Assembly: GCF_000189555.1 (NCBI RefSeq)
Contig: NC_017276.1
Source: Saccharolobus islandicus REY15A
GTDB taxonomy: Archaea; Thermoproteota; Thermoprotei_A; Sulfolobales; Sulfolobaceae
Length of the DNA stretch: 64,000 bases
Direction: 5' to 3' (one strand)
Positions 21,207 to 36,793 of the stretch are shown one piece after another. The notes below the pieces were generated by a model, which worked only from the letters and a program-made list of their open reading frames with translations, did not search any database and was not told where the DNA came from. Within the stretch, counting starts at the first letter, position 1; each line of letters opens with the position of its first letter. The position numbers and the translations under genes were made by a program.

Positions 21207-21566
21207 TTAAAAAGATAGTCCGATCTCTTTTGCTAAGTCCTTTAGCCTCTTAGCTTCTTTTTTCATTTGTTTAACGAAAAGAGATGCAGAGTCATTCCAT
21301 TCCTCGGGAGTAAAAGCAAAGAATTCTACGCGTGCTCTCAGGTACTTTCCGAGTTTTTCAAGTCTATCAATATACCTTAAGCCTTCAAAGTCTCGCGATA
21401 TTATGACTAAATCTATGTCACTTGTCTCTAAGTAATCTCCTCTGGCCCTAGAACCCACTACGTATATATCTTCAATTCTAATTTCATTACTTATATCATT
21501 AATAAATTCTATTGCGACTTTTACCAATTCAACTTGACTTTTTAATGCAGATTTCGCTTTACCCAT
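21207..21566 (-). CDS. Minimal nucleotidyltransferase (MNT pair 2)
   Basis: VVGSRARGDYLETSDIDLV motif. Confidence 0.9.
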   Translation of the reverse strand: MGKAKSALKSQVELVKVAIEFINDISNEIRIEDIYVVGSRARGDYLETSDIDLVIISRDFEGLRYIDRLEKLGKYLRARVEFFAFTPEEWNDSASLFVKQMKKEAKRLKDLAKEIGLSF

Positions 21567-21931
21567 TCTATCACCTTTTCCGCTTTTTTTACTAACTCCT
21601 CAGCATCTTCCTTACTATACAACGAATATGGTACAGTATTTGCAGCATCAGGATATCTAGAGATAGTATAGTGCAAAGTAAGTTTGATTACTTCACTTCT
21701 TATCTCCTCTACGGATAATCCTATCTCTTCCTTTATTATCTCTAACAACTCATTTAAGTCATGAGTCCTCTCGATCTTTCCTCCCGCTATTAAGAGTGCT
21801 TTTAGAGCTTTCTCAGCAGCTTGTTCGGCCCAAAAGGCTGAAGCATAATAGTGACCAGTTGTAATAGTATCTTTAGCAGTTGCTAAATCTTCTAAGGCTT
21901 GTCTGAACCATTTTTCTGCTTCTTCTCTCAT
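21542..21931 (-). CDS. HEPN domain protein (pair 2)
   Basis: AFWAEQAAEKALKA, THDL and YTISRYPD motifs. Confidence 0.92.
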   Translation of the reverse strand: MREEAEKWFRQALEDLATAKDTITTGHYYASAFWAEQAAEKALKALLIAGGKIERTHDLNELLEIIKEEIGLSVEEIRSEVIKLTLHYTISRYPDAANTVPYSLYSKEDAEELVKKAEKVIEWVKRNLH

Positions 21932-22297
21932 CAGTTTAGATTAGCATCTAGGCCTTTTAATCGTAACTATCCTAAAAAGGAGTGTAAAGGGGGATGGCAT
22001 CTCATGTGAAAATTGCGACCTTTTGTGTATAACGATTTAAATGAAATGTCCTTACGTACCTTATACCTCAAGAGAAGTTAAATTCTCTATAACACATATT
22101 CGGCGCGCATGTTTAAACAAGCTCTTGTAGAGACTTATCATAGATTTTTATGAAGGGCAGAAAGATTGAACACCATAAATTAAACATAAATTTAGGGTAA
22201 ATGCTATTTCTATGACTGCTATGAATTAATCCGTGATGCAAATCAGATGAACATTTATGACCCAACTATTGTTTTTAGTCTATTTTGATGAGCTTTT

Positions 22298-22969
22298 TCA
22301 CAGAGATACATGAACACTCTCGCACATCTTAATAGCATTTTCAGCATCAAATTTTGAGTATAATTCTTCTGGTGTAGCTCCAGTTTCCTCATCTTCATAC
22401 ATCGCTGATTCTCTTTCACTCTTTAAAACTCTGGAATAGTATGCAAATTCATCTATTTTCTCTTGGAACCATTGTGGGAACCTAACTTTTTCTTTCCTAA
22501 GGAAATATCCAACGTCAACATCACTGTCCTTTCTATTATCTCCTCGAGCTACACTTCCGTAGACCACCACAGAAATCAGCCTATCCCCAAATTCTTCTAA
22601 CAGTAATTTAACTTAATTAGGGGTTAAGGGGGCGAAAGTCCCCTTCCGTAAGGTAGGGGATGAATAGCCCCCTTATAGAAACCTTTTTATTGCAAAAAAT
22701 AGATAATTCTTAGGCCTCGGCTGTAAGAGCTGGGCCGTACCCTTGGGACTGGGGGAACTTACGCCTGTGGAGAGCAACCCTCCGTAACCCCTCTTCCACA
22801 CGGGGCATTACAGAACGGTTCCGTTCGATGGAACCTCCGCTGTGGGTGAAGGGGGATCGAGGTTGCTCTGAGAAGCAGGAAATCCCCATCGTGAGGTGGA
22901 GATGCCCTGTCCGTAAGGGCGGGGTAGTTCACTGAGCTTTTCCAATAAACTCTTATAAGGCTCTTTCAC
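22298..22969 (-). pseudogene. Broken MNT-HEPN pair: MNT interrupted by SMN1 and fused by deletion to a HEPN tail
   Basis: Removing 22612-22932 restores MKEPYKSLLEKLIKLLLEEFGDRLISVVVYGSVARGDNRKDSDVDV. Downstream it reads a HEPN tail (ERESAMYEDEETGATPEELYSKFDAENA). Confidence 0.85.
22612..22932 (+). mobile_element. SMN1-type non-autonomous IS200/IS605-family element (321 bp)
   Basis: Exactly 321 bp, inserted 3' of TTTAA with no target duplication. Subterminal hairpins; right end GTAGTTCAC. A second copy lies at 54019-55554. Confidence 0.9.
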
Positions 22970-23240
22970 GGGTTGAGTATTTGTTAATAATAATAAAAAC
23001 CTTATCTTATTTGGTGAGGAAAACTTGAAGTTATCACTGTTGGACTCATGTGTGGTAATACGGCTTTCTCACTTTAATTTTTCTAATTTGTTGAATTCTT
23101 ATTATTTCCTACAAATTTAATATTAGATAGTTAGAAGTATTTTTATAAAAATATTTTGGGGCCTACCGTCATAAAAAGGAGCTTTCGCCCTCTTACCCAT
23201 TAAAACTCTATGGTTTCAAAAAGGCGGATATATTTTTCTT

Positions 23241-24383
23241 CTAGCTTTTCAAGAAAAACGATAACAAAGCAGCTATGAGCTCGATTATAACCACTATTAT
23301 TACTCCCTCAGCAATAGTCGAATTATCGTTAAATAAGACTCCAACTGTCACTGGAATTATTGAGACTCCAACATTTGTTATCACACTATACATGGAAGTA
23401 GCGAAACCAGCCTTTGCTGGGTCATTAACGTATAGAGTTGTCGAAGCCATAGCCATTGACCAATAGGCATTCCCAAAGAAACCAAATAGGAAGTAACCTA
23501 ACGCTATTAATGGAAAATTAACAGTAAAGGAAATGGATATTACAGCTATAATTGCTGAGAAAAACGTTAATAACCCGGTCAATATTAAACCTAACCTTAA
23601 CCTACTTTCTAACAAAGATGGCAATATTATAGCACCGAGCCCAGAACCTAGAAAACTAAGACCAGTTAAGAAACCTCCCATAATGACTGCTTGCAAAGTA
23701 ACTATACCGTGAATTTGCAAAACTACTGAGGCAATACTACCAAACATTACTGAAATAGACGCAATAGCTAATCCAACATACCAGTTCTTAATCATTCCCG
23801 GATTGAAACTGCCTTTAAGAGATCTTTCATAATGACTAGGATATCTCCTCAAAAATGGGATAATTAAAACCATTGCGATTAAAGCTAAAATTGCCGTAAG
23901 CATTAAAGTTCCCCTTAAGCCTATAAAGGAAAGTATTGATGGACTGGAAAACGAGCCTAGTGCCATTCCAATAAACAGAATACCTACACTTATCCCTACA
24001 ACAGTGTTAGCCCTTCCCTTGAACATTGACTTGGCAATACTTCCAACTGGTGCAATTGCTAAGGGATAAGCTATTGACGCTATTATGGCAAAGAGGAAGA
24101 AGGTAGAAAAGTCATTAGATAACGCCCTACCTAAAAGTCCTATAAACGATAGGATAGATGAAATCAATAAAACGCTTCTGATAGTGAATTTAGCTGATAA
24201 GAAACCCGCCAATAAACCCAGAATTGCCATGCTGTATCCATAAGCAGATATGATAAAAAGGATTGAACTTAAGGGAACACCAAAGTAGTTTTCCAAGACC
24301 GGTACTAGGGGTGCTAATGAAAACCATCCAAAGCCTATGGTGAAGATGAGAAACCAATACGGTAAAATCCTCGTTTCCATCAA
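23241..24383 (-). CDS. MFS transporter (CynX-like)
   Basis: About 12 TM segments, MFS topology. Confidence 0.8.
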   Translation of the reverse strand: MMETRILPYWFLIFTIGFGWFSLAPLVPVLENYFGVPLSSILFIISAYGYSMAILGLLAGFLSAKFTIRSVLLISSILSFIGLLGRALSNDFSTFFLFAIIASIAYPLAIAPVGSIAKSMFKGRANTVVGISVGILFIGMALGSFSSPSILSFIGLRGTLMLTAILALIAMVLIIPFLRRYPSHYERSLKGSFNPGMIKNWYVGLAIASISVMFGSIASVVLQIHGIVTLQAVIMGGFLTGLSFLGSGLGAIILPSLLESRLRLGLILTGLLTFFSAIIAVISISFTVNFPLIALGYFLFGFFGNAYWSMAMASTTLYVNDPAKAGFATSMYSVITNVGVSIIPVTVGVLFNDNSTIAEGVIIVVIIELIAALLSFFLKS

Positions 24384-24576
24384 CCCAAATAATAGAACTA
24401 AGTAAAAAAGTCTTACTCTATGTTTCTATATAGTTTACGTAATTTTACTCTTTAAAAAGTCAGTTATCAAGATAAAGAGACGGAAAAGCGATGTAACTAT
24501 ATAGACTACATAGAAAACTCATCAATTTATAGATTCTATACGACATTCTTAATACCATTCATGGTAATTTTCACAC

Positions 24577-25953
24577 ATGGACATAAGGCATGTATTTAAA
24601 CCGTTAGATGAGGCAAAGTTCAGTTGGTTCCACGCAAAGTCAATGATAACGACGGGCATGGGAGTCTTCACCGATGGATACGACTTGTCATCAATTGGTA
24701 TAGTATTAGGCGCAGTACTAGCGTCCTTTGGAATAACTAAAAGTAGTCCAGATTTCGCAATAGTTTCATCTCTACTAACTGGTGCAGCGCTGATTGGTTC
24801 TGCAATAGGTGCAATAATTTTTGGCTTCCTAGCAAACATGGGTAGGAAGACATTTTACGGGGTTGACGTAGCGCTAATGACAATTGGAGCCTTATTACAA
24901 GCATTCGTACAAAATCCTATGCAATTAGTATTAGTGAGATTAATTTTAGGGTTAGGAATTGGTGCAGATTACGTTCTCTCCCCATTAATAATGGCTGAAC
25001 ATAGTAATGCTAAAGATAGGGGTAAGAAGTTAGCCTTAGGTTTTGGGCTATTCTGGGGTTTAGGTGCATCCACAGCTGCTGGATTATATCTTATTCTACA
25101 CGCAATGGGAATACCTTTAGATCTTATATGGAGAATTATACTAGCTACTGGAGCTATCCCGGCTGCAGCAGTAATATACCTTAGGAGAAAGATACCAGAA
25201 ACTACTAGGTATTTAGGAAGAATAAAGGGTGATATAGACGGTGTTAAGAAGGTGATTAAAGAAGTAACTAAAACTGAGGTTAGCATTATGACAAACGTTA
25301 AGGATAACGTTAAAGCGTTAGATTACTTCAAAACAAATTGGAGGCCAATATTAATTGCTGCTATACTATGGTTCTTGTACGATATTCCAGCATACGCTGG
25401 AATCTTATTTGGTCCAAGCTTAATAGCGAGTAAGTTGGGTTTAGATCCCGCTACTTATCAACTAGTAAACGAGGCATTTTTCATCATTCCCGGTGGGCTA
25501 GTAGCACTTTTACTTATAGATAGGGTTGGTAGAAAACCATTACAAATAATTGGCTTCATAGGAATGACTTTAGCCTTAACTTCCTTCGCATTTTATATAC
25601 AATCACCAAACTATATCCCCTTAATTGCCATCATCTTTTATGGACTTGAACAATTTTCGTCACAATCTGGGCCAGGTTCAGTATCTGCATCTGGAGTACT
25701 AGGAGTTGAGTTAGCTCCTACTAAGATAAGAAGTATAGCGCAAGGAATTACAGTAGTTGGAGGTAGATTAGGAGCAACCTTTGCTTCCTTCGTATTCCCC
25801 TCACTTTACGTTCAGTATGGACTATCCTTTGCAGTAATATTCGTTGCAATCGCTTCTGGAATAGCTGCATTATTAACATTCCTATTCATCCCAGAGACTA
25901 AAAGCAAATCTCTAGAAGAAGCTTCAAGAGAAATAGAGTTCGTAAAAGCTTAA
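24577..25953 (+). CDS. MFS transporter (phosphate/metabolite:H+ symporter-like)
   Basis: GVFTDGYDL, GIGADYVLS, IPET and DRVGRK motifs. Confidence 0.9.
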   Translation: MDIRHVFKPLDEAKFSWFHAKSMITTGMGVFTDGYDLSSIGIVLGAVLASFGITKSSPDFAIVSSLLTGAALIGSAIGAIIFGFLANMGRKTFYGVDVALMTIGALLQAFVQNPMQLVLVRLILGLGIGADYVLSPLIMAEHSNAKDRGKKLALGFGLFWGLGASTAAGLYLILHAMGIPLDLIWRIILATGAIPAAAVIYLRRKIPETTRYLGRIKGDIDGVKKVIKEVTKTEVSIMTNVKDNVKALDYFKTNWRPILIAAILWFLYDIPAYAGILFGPSLIASKLGLDPATYQLVNEAFFIIPGGLVALLLIDRVGRKPLQIIGFIGMTLALTSFAFYIQSPNYIPLIAIIFYGLEQFSSQSGPGSVSASGVLGVELAPTKIRSIAQGITVVGGRLGATFASFVFPSLYVQYGLSFAVIFVAIASGIAALLTFLFIPETKSKSLEEASREIEFVKA

Positions 25954-26034
25954 GTTAAACTTTTTTACCCTAATGGTTTTTTGGTCCTTACGTCACGATT
26001 AGACTTTTATAATTAAAATATAGGTATAATAAAT

Positions 26035-26568
26035 ATGCACCACCGTCATGGACATTATTACCCTCCTGAAGACTTTAGACGAACCTTCGAGAGACCAGAG
26101 GAATATTTACCAGAGGTATTCGAGGGAAAGAAAGGTGTTATAGTAGATTACGGCTGTGGAAATGGGTTCTACGCTAGATACTTACTTGAATACGCTACAA
26201 AACTATACTGCATAGATATAAACGTTATTGCGCTTGAGGAGGTTAAAAAGAAGTTCAACAGTGCGATAACCCTTACGAGCCCTAAGGAGATTCCAGATAG
26301 TACAGTTGACTTCGTTTTCTTCGCCAATTCATTCCACGATATGGACGATAAGCAATACGTTGTAAGTGAGGTTAAGAGAATCCTAAAGAGTGATGGTAGG
26401 GTTATCATTATAGACTGGAAGAAAGAGAACACTGGTTTCGGTCCACCATTAAGTGTTAGAATGGATGAGAAAGATTACATGAAATGGTTTAGCGATTTTA
26501 CAGTGGAGAAGAGATTTACACCAACACCCTATCACTTTGGATTAGTACTGAAGAGAAAGACTAGTTGA
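26035..26568 (+). CDS. Class I SAM-dependent methyltransferase
   Basis: IVDYGCGNG motif I, CIDIN, FANSFHD. Confidence 0.9.
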   Translation: MHHRHGHYYPPEDFRRTFERPEEYLPEVFEGKKGVIVDYGCGNGFYARYLLEYATKLYCIDINVIALEEVKKKFNSAITLTSPKEIPDSTVDFVFFANSFHDMDDKQYVVSEVKRILKSDGRVIIIDWKKENTGFGPPLSVRMDEKDYMKWFSDFTVEKRFTPTPYHFGLVLKRKTS

Positions 26569-26715
26569 TATACTAGTACACTTACTAGTATACTAGGTTT
26601 GTAGAAATAAAAATACTAAGGATTTCTAGCACTCTTGGGCTATACCTAATCACTAGAGTCCCTCGAGTATTATCGATTAACGTATTACTTGACAATTATT
26701 AAAAACCACCCCTTT

Positions 26716-27786
26716 TTATTTATACTCCCTTAAATACCTTACGAATAATGATAATGCTTCACTTAAAAACTCTGTGTTTTTGCTTCCCAAACCTATCCTG
26801 ACATAACCGGGCATCTCGAAGCACTCTCCAGGGTTCACCAACACGCTATACTTCTCAAATAACTTCTCACTGAAATCGTAAGTGTTCTTAACGTTCAATT
26901 TAAGATATGCTAGGACTGTGGCATTAGGCTTAACCCACTTTACGTCAAGGTCACTAATTAACCTTTCCATTAACCTCATATTATTTAACGCAATTCTCCT
27001 TGCCCTATCCATGAATTTCTCCCTCTCTAAGAGTACGTTATAGGTAATCTCTTGTCCTATAACTGAAGGGGAAATTGACGTGTAATCTCTGATGCTCCAC
27101 ATCCTATCAACTAATTCCTTACTTGCCACAACCCATCCTATTCTTATCCCTGGTAGTCCGTAAACTTTCGACATGCTGTTAGTACTTATGGCATTATCGT
27201 ATAAGTCGACAAAGCTAGGTCTAATTTTGCCGTCATGCTCTAGACCCCTATAAACCTCATCAGCTATTACGGTAACGTGATTATCCTCAGCTATCTCAAT
27301 TATTCCCTTAATTTCACTTTCTGAAAGTGCCATACCAGTAGGGTTATTAGGGTTTGTTATGACTATTGCCTTAGTGTTTTTACTGACTATTTCGTTAAGC
27401 TCGTTTAGGTCTAACTTAAAATCATCCTTAAGCCAAATGTACTTTAATCTGGCGTTTATTCCCCTTAATAATCCGGGGATTTGCATGTAGTTTGGCATTT
27501 CCACAATTACTTCGTCACCAGATTTTATGGTGGAAAGGATAGTTAGGTGGTTGGCTTCAGCACCTCCAGCTGTTATTATAACGTCATCTTCTTTCTTCCC
27601 GGGATAGAGAGATGCTATTAGCTGTCTAACTTTTATTAATCCTTTGGTATGACCATATTCTAGCTTAACGTTAGGTATTTTAATCTCACTTAGATCTAAT
27701 GGTTCTACTCCGCTCTCTGAAAGGACGTATTTGGCTCTCCAATCCCTTAAGGATTGCCATCTTTCTAGGCAAAATTCAGGGTACAT
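26716..27786 (-). CDS. PLP-dependent aminotransferase class I/II
   Basis: NPNNPTG, ADEVY and SMSKVYGLPGIRIGW motifs. Confidence 0.93.
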   Translation of the reverse strand: MYPEFCLERWQSLRDWRAKYVLSESGVEPLDLSEIKIPNVKLEYGHTKGLIKVRQLIASLYPGKKEDDVIITAGGAEANHLTILSTIKSGDEVIVEMPNYMQIPGLLRGINARLKYIWLKDDFKLDLNELNEIVSKNTKAIVITNPNNPTGMALSESEIKGIIEIAEDNHVTVIADEVYRGLEHDGKIRPSFVDLYDNAISTNSMSKVYGLPGIRIGWVVASKELVDRMWSIRDYTSISPSVIGQEITYNVLLEREKFMDRARRIALNNMRLMERLISDLDVKWVKPNATVLAYLKLNVKNTYDFSEKLFEKYSVLVNPGECFEMPGYVRIGLGSKNTEFLSEALSLFVRYLREYK

Positions 27787-27857
27787 TGTGATATTGTGTT
27801 GTTTTGCGTATTAAAAGGTTCCATGCTTTTTAACCCTATGAACTTTATGTAAATCTG

Positions 27858-28265
27858 ATGAATAGGGATATTGGTAAGAACGCTGAGAGGGAATTGGTGT
27901 CAATTTTGAGAGGGGAAGGATTTAACGCTGTTAGGATTCCCACTTCCAATTCTTCTCCAAATCCATTGCCGGACATTTTCGCAACTAAAGAGAATACTTT
28001 GTTATCAATTGAGTGTAAGAGTACTTGGGAAAATAAGGTAAAGGTTAAGGAAAATCAAGTCAGGAAGTTGTTCGAGTTCTTGTCAATGTTTACCATGAGT
28101 GGTATACCAATAATAGCTGTGAAGTTTAAACAAATTCATGAGTGGAGGGTTCTTATTCCGAAAAAGGCTGAGGATATAGTAGTGACTATTGATAATACGA
28201 TTTCTATAGAAGACCTTTTTAAAATATTGGAAAAGAGTGTTGAGGAAAAAATATTAACGCCTTAA
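27858..28265 (+). CDS. hje: Holliday junction endonuclease Hje
   Basis: 135 aa, GKNAERELV...PDIFA...IECKST. Closely resembles S. solfataricus Hje as recalled. Confidence 0.9.
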   Translation: MNRDIGKNAERELVSILRGEGFNAVRIPTSNSSPNPLPDIFATKENTLLSIECKSTWENKVKVKENQVRKLFEFLSMFTMSGIPIIAVKFKQIHEWRVLIPKKAEDIVVTIDNTISIEDLFKILEKSVEEKILTP

Positions 28266-30104
28266 GAGGATTACAACTACTGCCATTACTATTATTATAA
28301 CAGCTGCTATTACTCCTAGAATTAGGTAGTTTGGTGATACTACTAACGTTTCAGTTATTGGTTGGTTCACTGTAATTGCACTACCTGGAGACACGTTATA
28401 TGTACCTTTAAACATTGCAGTTTCATAGAATGGTACACTTGCATTGAGGATTATCTTTGATCCCGAATTGTAGAATTTAGATACACCGTTAATTGTTACT
28501 AGGTATTGCGTAGTTGTAAGGAGCTTTAGGTTAACGGGAGATTTCACTGTAAATGATTGTGAGGGTGATATACCAACTATTATAATCCTTTCTTGTGGAC
28601 TAACGTTGTAAGTATAGTTTAGCACTTGTATTGTTGTCCCAGAATTTATCCATGAGGAATTGAGTGTTGCCTTGGAACCGTTAATTAGCACTTGTACTGG
28701 TATTGGGGAGGAAACGTTAACGAAGTATTGGGTTATTGTTGTTGCGGTTATTGTGTAAGAGGCATTTACAGTTAGTTGAGGAGCTGGAAGAACTTTACCT
28801 ATGATTAGCCTTTCACCACTTCCCATATAGTATGTAAGGTTCTCTATCTTGATTGTAGTGCCTTGATTGTACCAACCAGATGTGAGGCTTTCATTTTCAC
28901 CATTTATAAACGCTCCTAGTTGGACTGGAGAGTTGACGTTAATGAGGTATTGGATAATGGTATTTACTGTTATTGTAGTTGGTTGATTTACTGTTATCAA
29001 TGCTGAGGGCGAGAAATTAGCTATCATGTATCTCTCTGTACTGCTTACATAGTGAGTTATGTTTTCTAATTTGATTGTAGTGCCTTGAGTGAACCAGTTA
29101 GTGGAATTTAAGGTCTCGTTTACACCATTTACTATTGCATAAACTGAGACTTGTGACTGTAGGGTAACTAAATATTGGTTAATATAATATGCATTAATTT
29201 CGCCAGGAGCTTTAACGATCCCAGTGTAGTTCGTTGTTATCCACCTTTCTCCTTGAACACTGGATTGTAGTTGTGGTGAATAAGTATAGGCCGAATTGAC
29301 ATCCACCCAAACTGTTGCTGGTGCTTCTGCGGTCTCGTTTGTTCCAAGGCTGTGATAGTAAACTGTAGGTGGAGTGTAGCCATTACCGCCTTGGACTGTG
29401 TAGTTAAAGGTAACTAGGTACTGTTGATAATAGGTAGGCGTTATGGATGTTGTCGTGGGAGTTATGGTTCCAGTGCTTACGTAATTAGTTGCCCATCTAA
29501 TATTGCCTTCAGTAATTGCTGACTCAACTTGATATAATGTACCCGAAGGAACATTAATTGTACCTTGGAGAGGAACTGTAGTTGTTGAGCCATTGGGGAA
29601 AGTTAAGGTTATATTTGGTGTTTGTGGTATTGGTTGACCAATAACACTGTAACCTAAGTGTACTGTAACTAATGGAGTTCTTTGAATAACGTTAACGTTA
29701 ATTGAACCTACTGCTACACCTCCAGCTACTTCTATTGTAATTTGCCAAGTTCCTTGAACATTAGGGAAAGTATAGGCATTGCGCACGTAAATTCCGCCAC
29801 TTCCATTAATTTGAACGGGTATTGTTACTGCCAATGAGGAATTGGGGAAGAAGAAGTTTATGGTTGCGCCATCTGTTGCGAACTGTTGAGGGACTATGGC
29901 ATCAATTGTTATTGATTGCCCAACATAATATGTCTCACCGTTGTAGCTTGGACTGTAAAAAGTTATGCCACCCGAGGAATAGACTGCGCCTGTTATTAAA
30001 GCAACTAATGGGATTAATCCTATTAGGGAAAGTATGTGCTTTGCCTTCATTTCCATATCACTTAGTATTATCCACAGAGGAGTCCTTAAAAAAGCTTTTA
30101 GCAA
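28254..30104 (-). CDS. Membrane-anchored surface glycoprotein with about 75-aa beta-rich repeats
   Basis: Signal peptide, repeated QYL/FVxVxS...NG...W.N.GT.I units, C-terminal TM helix plus RR. Confidence 0.85.
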   Translation of the reverse strand: MLKAFLRTPLWIILSDMEMKAKHILSLIGLIPLVALITGAVYSSGGITFYSPSYNGETYYVGQSITIDAIVPQQFATDGATINFFFPNSSLAVTIPVQINGSGGIYVRNAYTFPNVQGTWQITIEVAGGVAVGSINVNVIQRTPLVTVHLGYSVIGQPIPQTPNITLTFPNGSTTTVPLQGTINVPSGTLYQVESAITEGNIRWATNYVSTGTITPTTTSITPTYYQQYLVTFNYTVQGGNGYTPPTVYYHSLGTNETAEAPATVWVDVNSAYTYSPQLQSSVQGERWITTNYTGIVKAPGEINAYYINQYLVTLQSQVSVYAIVNGVNETLNSTNWFTQGTTIKLENITHYVSSTERYMIANFSPSALITVNQPTTITVNTIIQYLINVNSPVQLGAFINGENESLTSGWYNQGTTIKIENLTYYMGSGERLIIGKVLPAPQLTVNASYTITATTITQYFVNVSSPIPVQVLINGSKATLNSSWINSGTTIQVLNYTYNVSPQERIIIVGISPSQSFTVKSPVNLKLLTTTQYLVTINGVSKFYNSGSKIILNASVPFYETAMFKGTYNVSPGSAITVNQPITETLVVSPNYLILGVIAAVIIIVMAVVVILLRR

Positions 30105-30201
30105 TATCCACGTTAATCAACTTAAAGTTATGTCAGATAACATAAAATGGCATTTTAAGTTACTTTCAATTAAGCTTATAAGGTAATTACTCTACTAGTT
30201 A

Positions 30202-31131
30202 ATGAAAATGTTATTATTTTGGTTGGAATTCTTTGTAATTTTTATAGCTATCTTCGTATCTGCAGAGCTTTTAGCTAAGGGCGCTGATGAGTTAGAGGAT
30301 TTCTTAGGTCAAGGTATAACTGGTGGTATAATACTCGGATTCCTCACCGCATTACCAGAGACCATTTTCGTTATCGTAGCGTCTTTAGAAGGGAGTTTTG
30401 ATGTGGCATTGGGTTCGGCCATTGGGGGTAATGTGTTGTTATTTACGCTAGGTATTGGATTGGTTGGACTGTTTTATGCATTAAAATGGAGGAGTACTCT
30501 TCAAATTTCTAGTGAATATAGTGTTGAAAATGTATTTCTAATAATAAGTAGTGTTGCGATGCTGCTGGTTTTAATTTACGGTAAATTAGATATCATTTCT
30601 GGGCTTCTACTTATCTTAATTTACATAATTTACGTTGTGTACAGAGTAATTAAATTCAGGGGAGAGGGAGGGAGTAGAAAAGAGGGTAATTTGGTAAAGC
30701 CCATTATATTTATAATCGCTGGAGGGATTCTACTAGTGGTTTTCTCTCATTACTTTGTAGATTACATAAATGAGATCTCAACGATGTTTAACGTTCCTGC
30801 AATATGGCTTTCGCTATTAATAGCGCCAATAGCGGGAGAGCTTGAAGAAAAGATTTCAGCATTTAGGTTAATTCAAATGTCCAAAGATGGAGGATCCCTT
30901 TCAATTCTAAGTTTTGTGGGAAGTAAGATTGAGAACGCTACTGTATTGTTAGGAATTATAGGTCTGTTTACGGATTACAAATTACAGGTAGCCTTGCCAG
31001 AATATATTTCAGCTTTAGTTGCGAATATAATAGCAATATACGTACTGTTCGATAAGAGGCTTAGGACGATTGAGTCTACAATTTTGATTGGAGTTTATAT
31101 AGTAATGGTAATATTATCCTTCTATCTGTAG
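30202..31131 (+). CDS. Sodium/calcium exchanger (CaCA) family protein
   Basis: GFLTALPE and GSAIGGN alpha-1 repeat plus a second degenerate repeat. Confidence 0.85.
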   Translation: MKMLLFWLEFFVIFIAIFVSAELLAKGADELEDFLGQGITGGIILGFLTALPETIFVIVASLEGSFDVALGSAIGGNVLLFTLGIGLVGLFYALKWRSTLQISSEYSVENVFLIISSVAMLLVLIYGKLDIISGLLLILIYIIYVVYRVIKFRGEGGSRKEGNLVKPIIFIIAGGILLVVFSHYFVDYINEISTMFNVPAIWLSLLIAPIAGELEEKISAFRLIQMSKDGGSLSILSFVGSKIENATVLLGIIGLFTDYKLQVALPEYISALVANIIAIYVLFDKRLRTIESTILIGVYIVMVILSFYL

Positions 31132-31167
31132 AGCGAATTTTTAAAGGTTTAGCATTAAACTGAGCGT

Positions 31168-32421
31168 GTGAGTAGGAAAAAACTTTCAGTTTTTGAAGCG
31201 TTTTCACTATCATTTGGAGGCCAAGCACCCTTTACGTCCATAATTACATTTGGCACAATAGGTTTACAACTTGGTGGATCATTCTTAACTATTGCCACAA
31301 TTATCGGGACAATCCTAGTGTTATTAAATGGTATAGTAATATATAGACTGTCGTTAAGGTATTCCCAGCATGGAGGATACTTTACTTATGCCTTCTATTC
31401 GCTTACCGAAAGGCTCGGATTAGTAACTGGATGGTTATTTTTACTTTACGCGTTTACTTACGGTGGTACATTATTAGCTGGTTCAATTTACATTATAACA
31501 ACTTATTTAAAGATAAATGCTGACCTAATCGCATTTTTAGTCCTATTATTTTCAGCATTTCTAGTTATAAGGGGTTTAGACGTTTCCGTTAAATACGCTG
31601 AGTTCATAAGTATTGCTGAAATCGTCGCAATAATTATCAGCTCAGTTGTGCTCTTGTTAGAGACAAAACCAAGTTTTAACCTAACAATTCCGGCTAATCC
31701 CTTTCTAGTTATACTTTACGCCATAGGAATGCCCATAGGTTATGGGAATTTGAATCCGATGAGTGAAGATATAAAGAATGCGAAGAAAATTGTGGGAATA
31801 ATTACTGTTATCGTGATACTTTTAGGTGGATTACTATCAGCTTTGCTTTTTTACGCTAGTGCGCTATATGGGACGGATTTGATAGAAATTCTTTTAGATA
31901 AGGCTGGATTTATATTTCCCTATTTGATCTTCTCAGCTTTAAATGGTGGGATCTTAGGTGGAATAGCTTATATTATAGCAATGTCTAGGATCGTTTATGC
32001 AATGTCATTAAAGAACTTTATGCCATCAATTATTTCATCGCTTAAGTATAATAGACCATATAACGCTGAGGTCATATCACTCATTATCTACACTGTTATT
32101 TTGTTTCTCTTAACTCACTTCGTTGGGTTATATACAACCTTTCTAGTACTAGGAGGACTTACGGTATTAAGCTATTTAATAATATCACTTTCAGCCAATC
32201 TTTCGCTATTTAGGATAGCGTTAAAGAAACTAAGGAAGAGGAAAATGGAAATAACCCTTGCAGTCTTCTCCACGATATTATCCTTAATAATATTAGTGTA
32301 TTCGATACAAGAAAACACTCCCATAATTAACTACATATTCTTCGCTTGGATAATAGCTGGATTTATCTATGCAGAAGTACTTGAAATAGCCGGAAATAAT
32401 GGAAAAAATGATGAGGATTAA
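31168..32421 (+). CDS. APC-family amino acid permease
   Basis: GGYFTYA motif, about 12 TM segments. Confidence 0.85.
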   Translation: MSRKKLSVFEAFSLSFGGQAPFTSIITFGTIGLQLGGSFLTIATIIGTILVLLNGIVIYRLSLRYSQHGGYFTYAFYSLTERLGLVTGWLFLLYAFTYGGTLLAGSIYIITTYLKINADLIAFLVLLFSAFLVIRGLDVSVKYAEFISIAEIVAIIISSVVLLLETKPSFNLTIPANPFLVILYAIGMPIGYGNLNPMSEDIKNAKKIVGIITVIVILLGGLLSALLFYASALYGTDLIEILLDKAGFIFPYLIFSALNGGILGGIAYIIAMSRIVYAMSLKNFMPSIISSLKYNRPYNAEVISLIIYTVILFLLTHFVGLYTTFLVLGGLTVLSYLIISLSANLSLFRIALKKLRKRKMEITLAVFSTILSLIILVYSIQENTPIINYIFFAWIIAGFIYAEVLEIAGNNGKNDED

Positions 32422-32422
32422 A

Positions 32423-36793
<4,371 letters not shown>

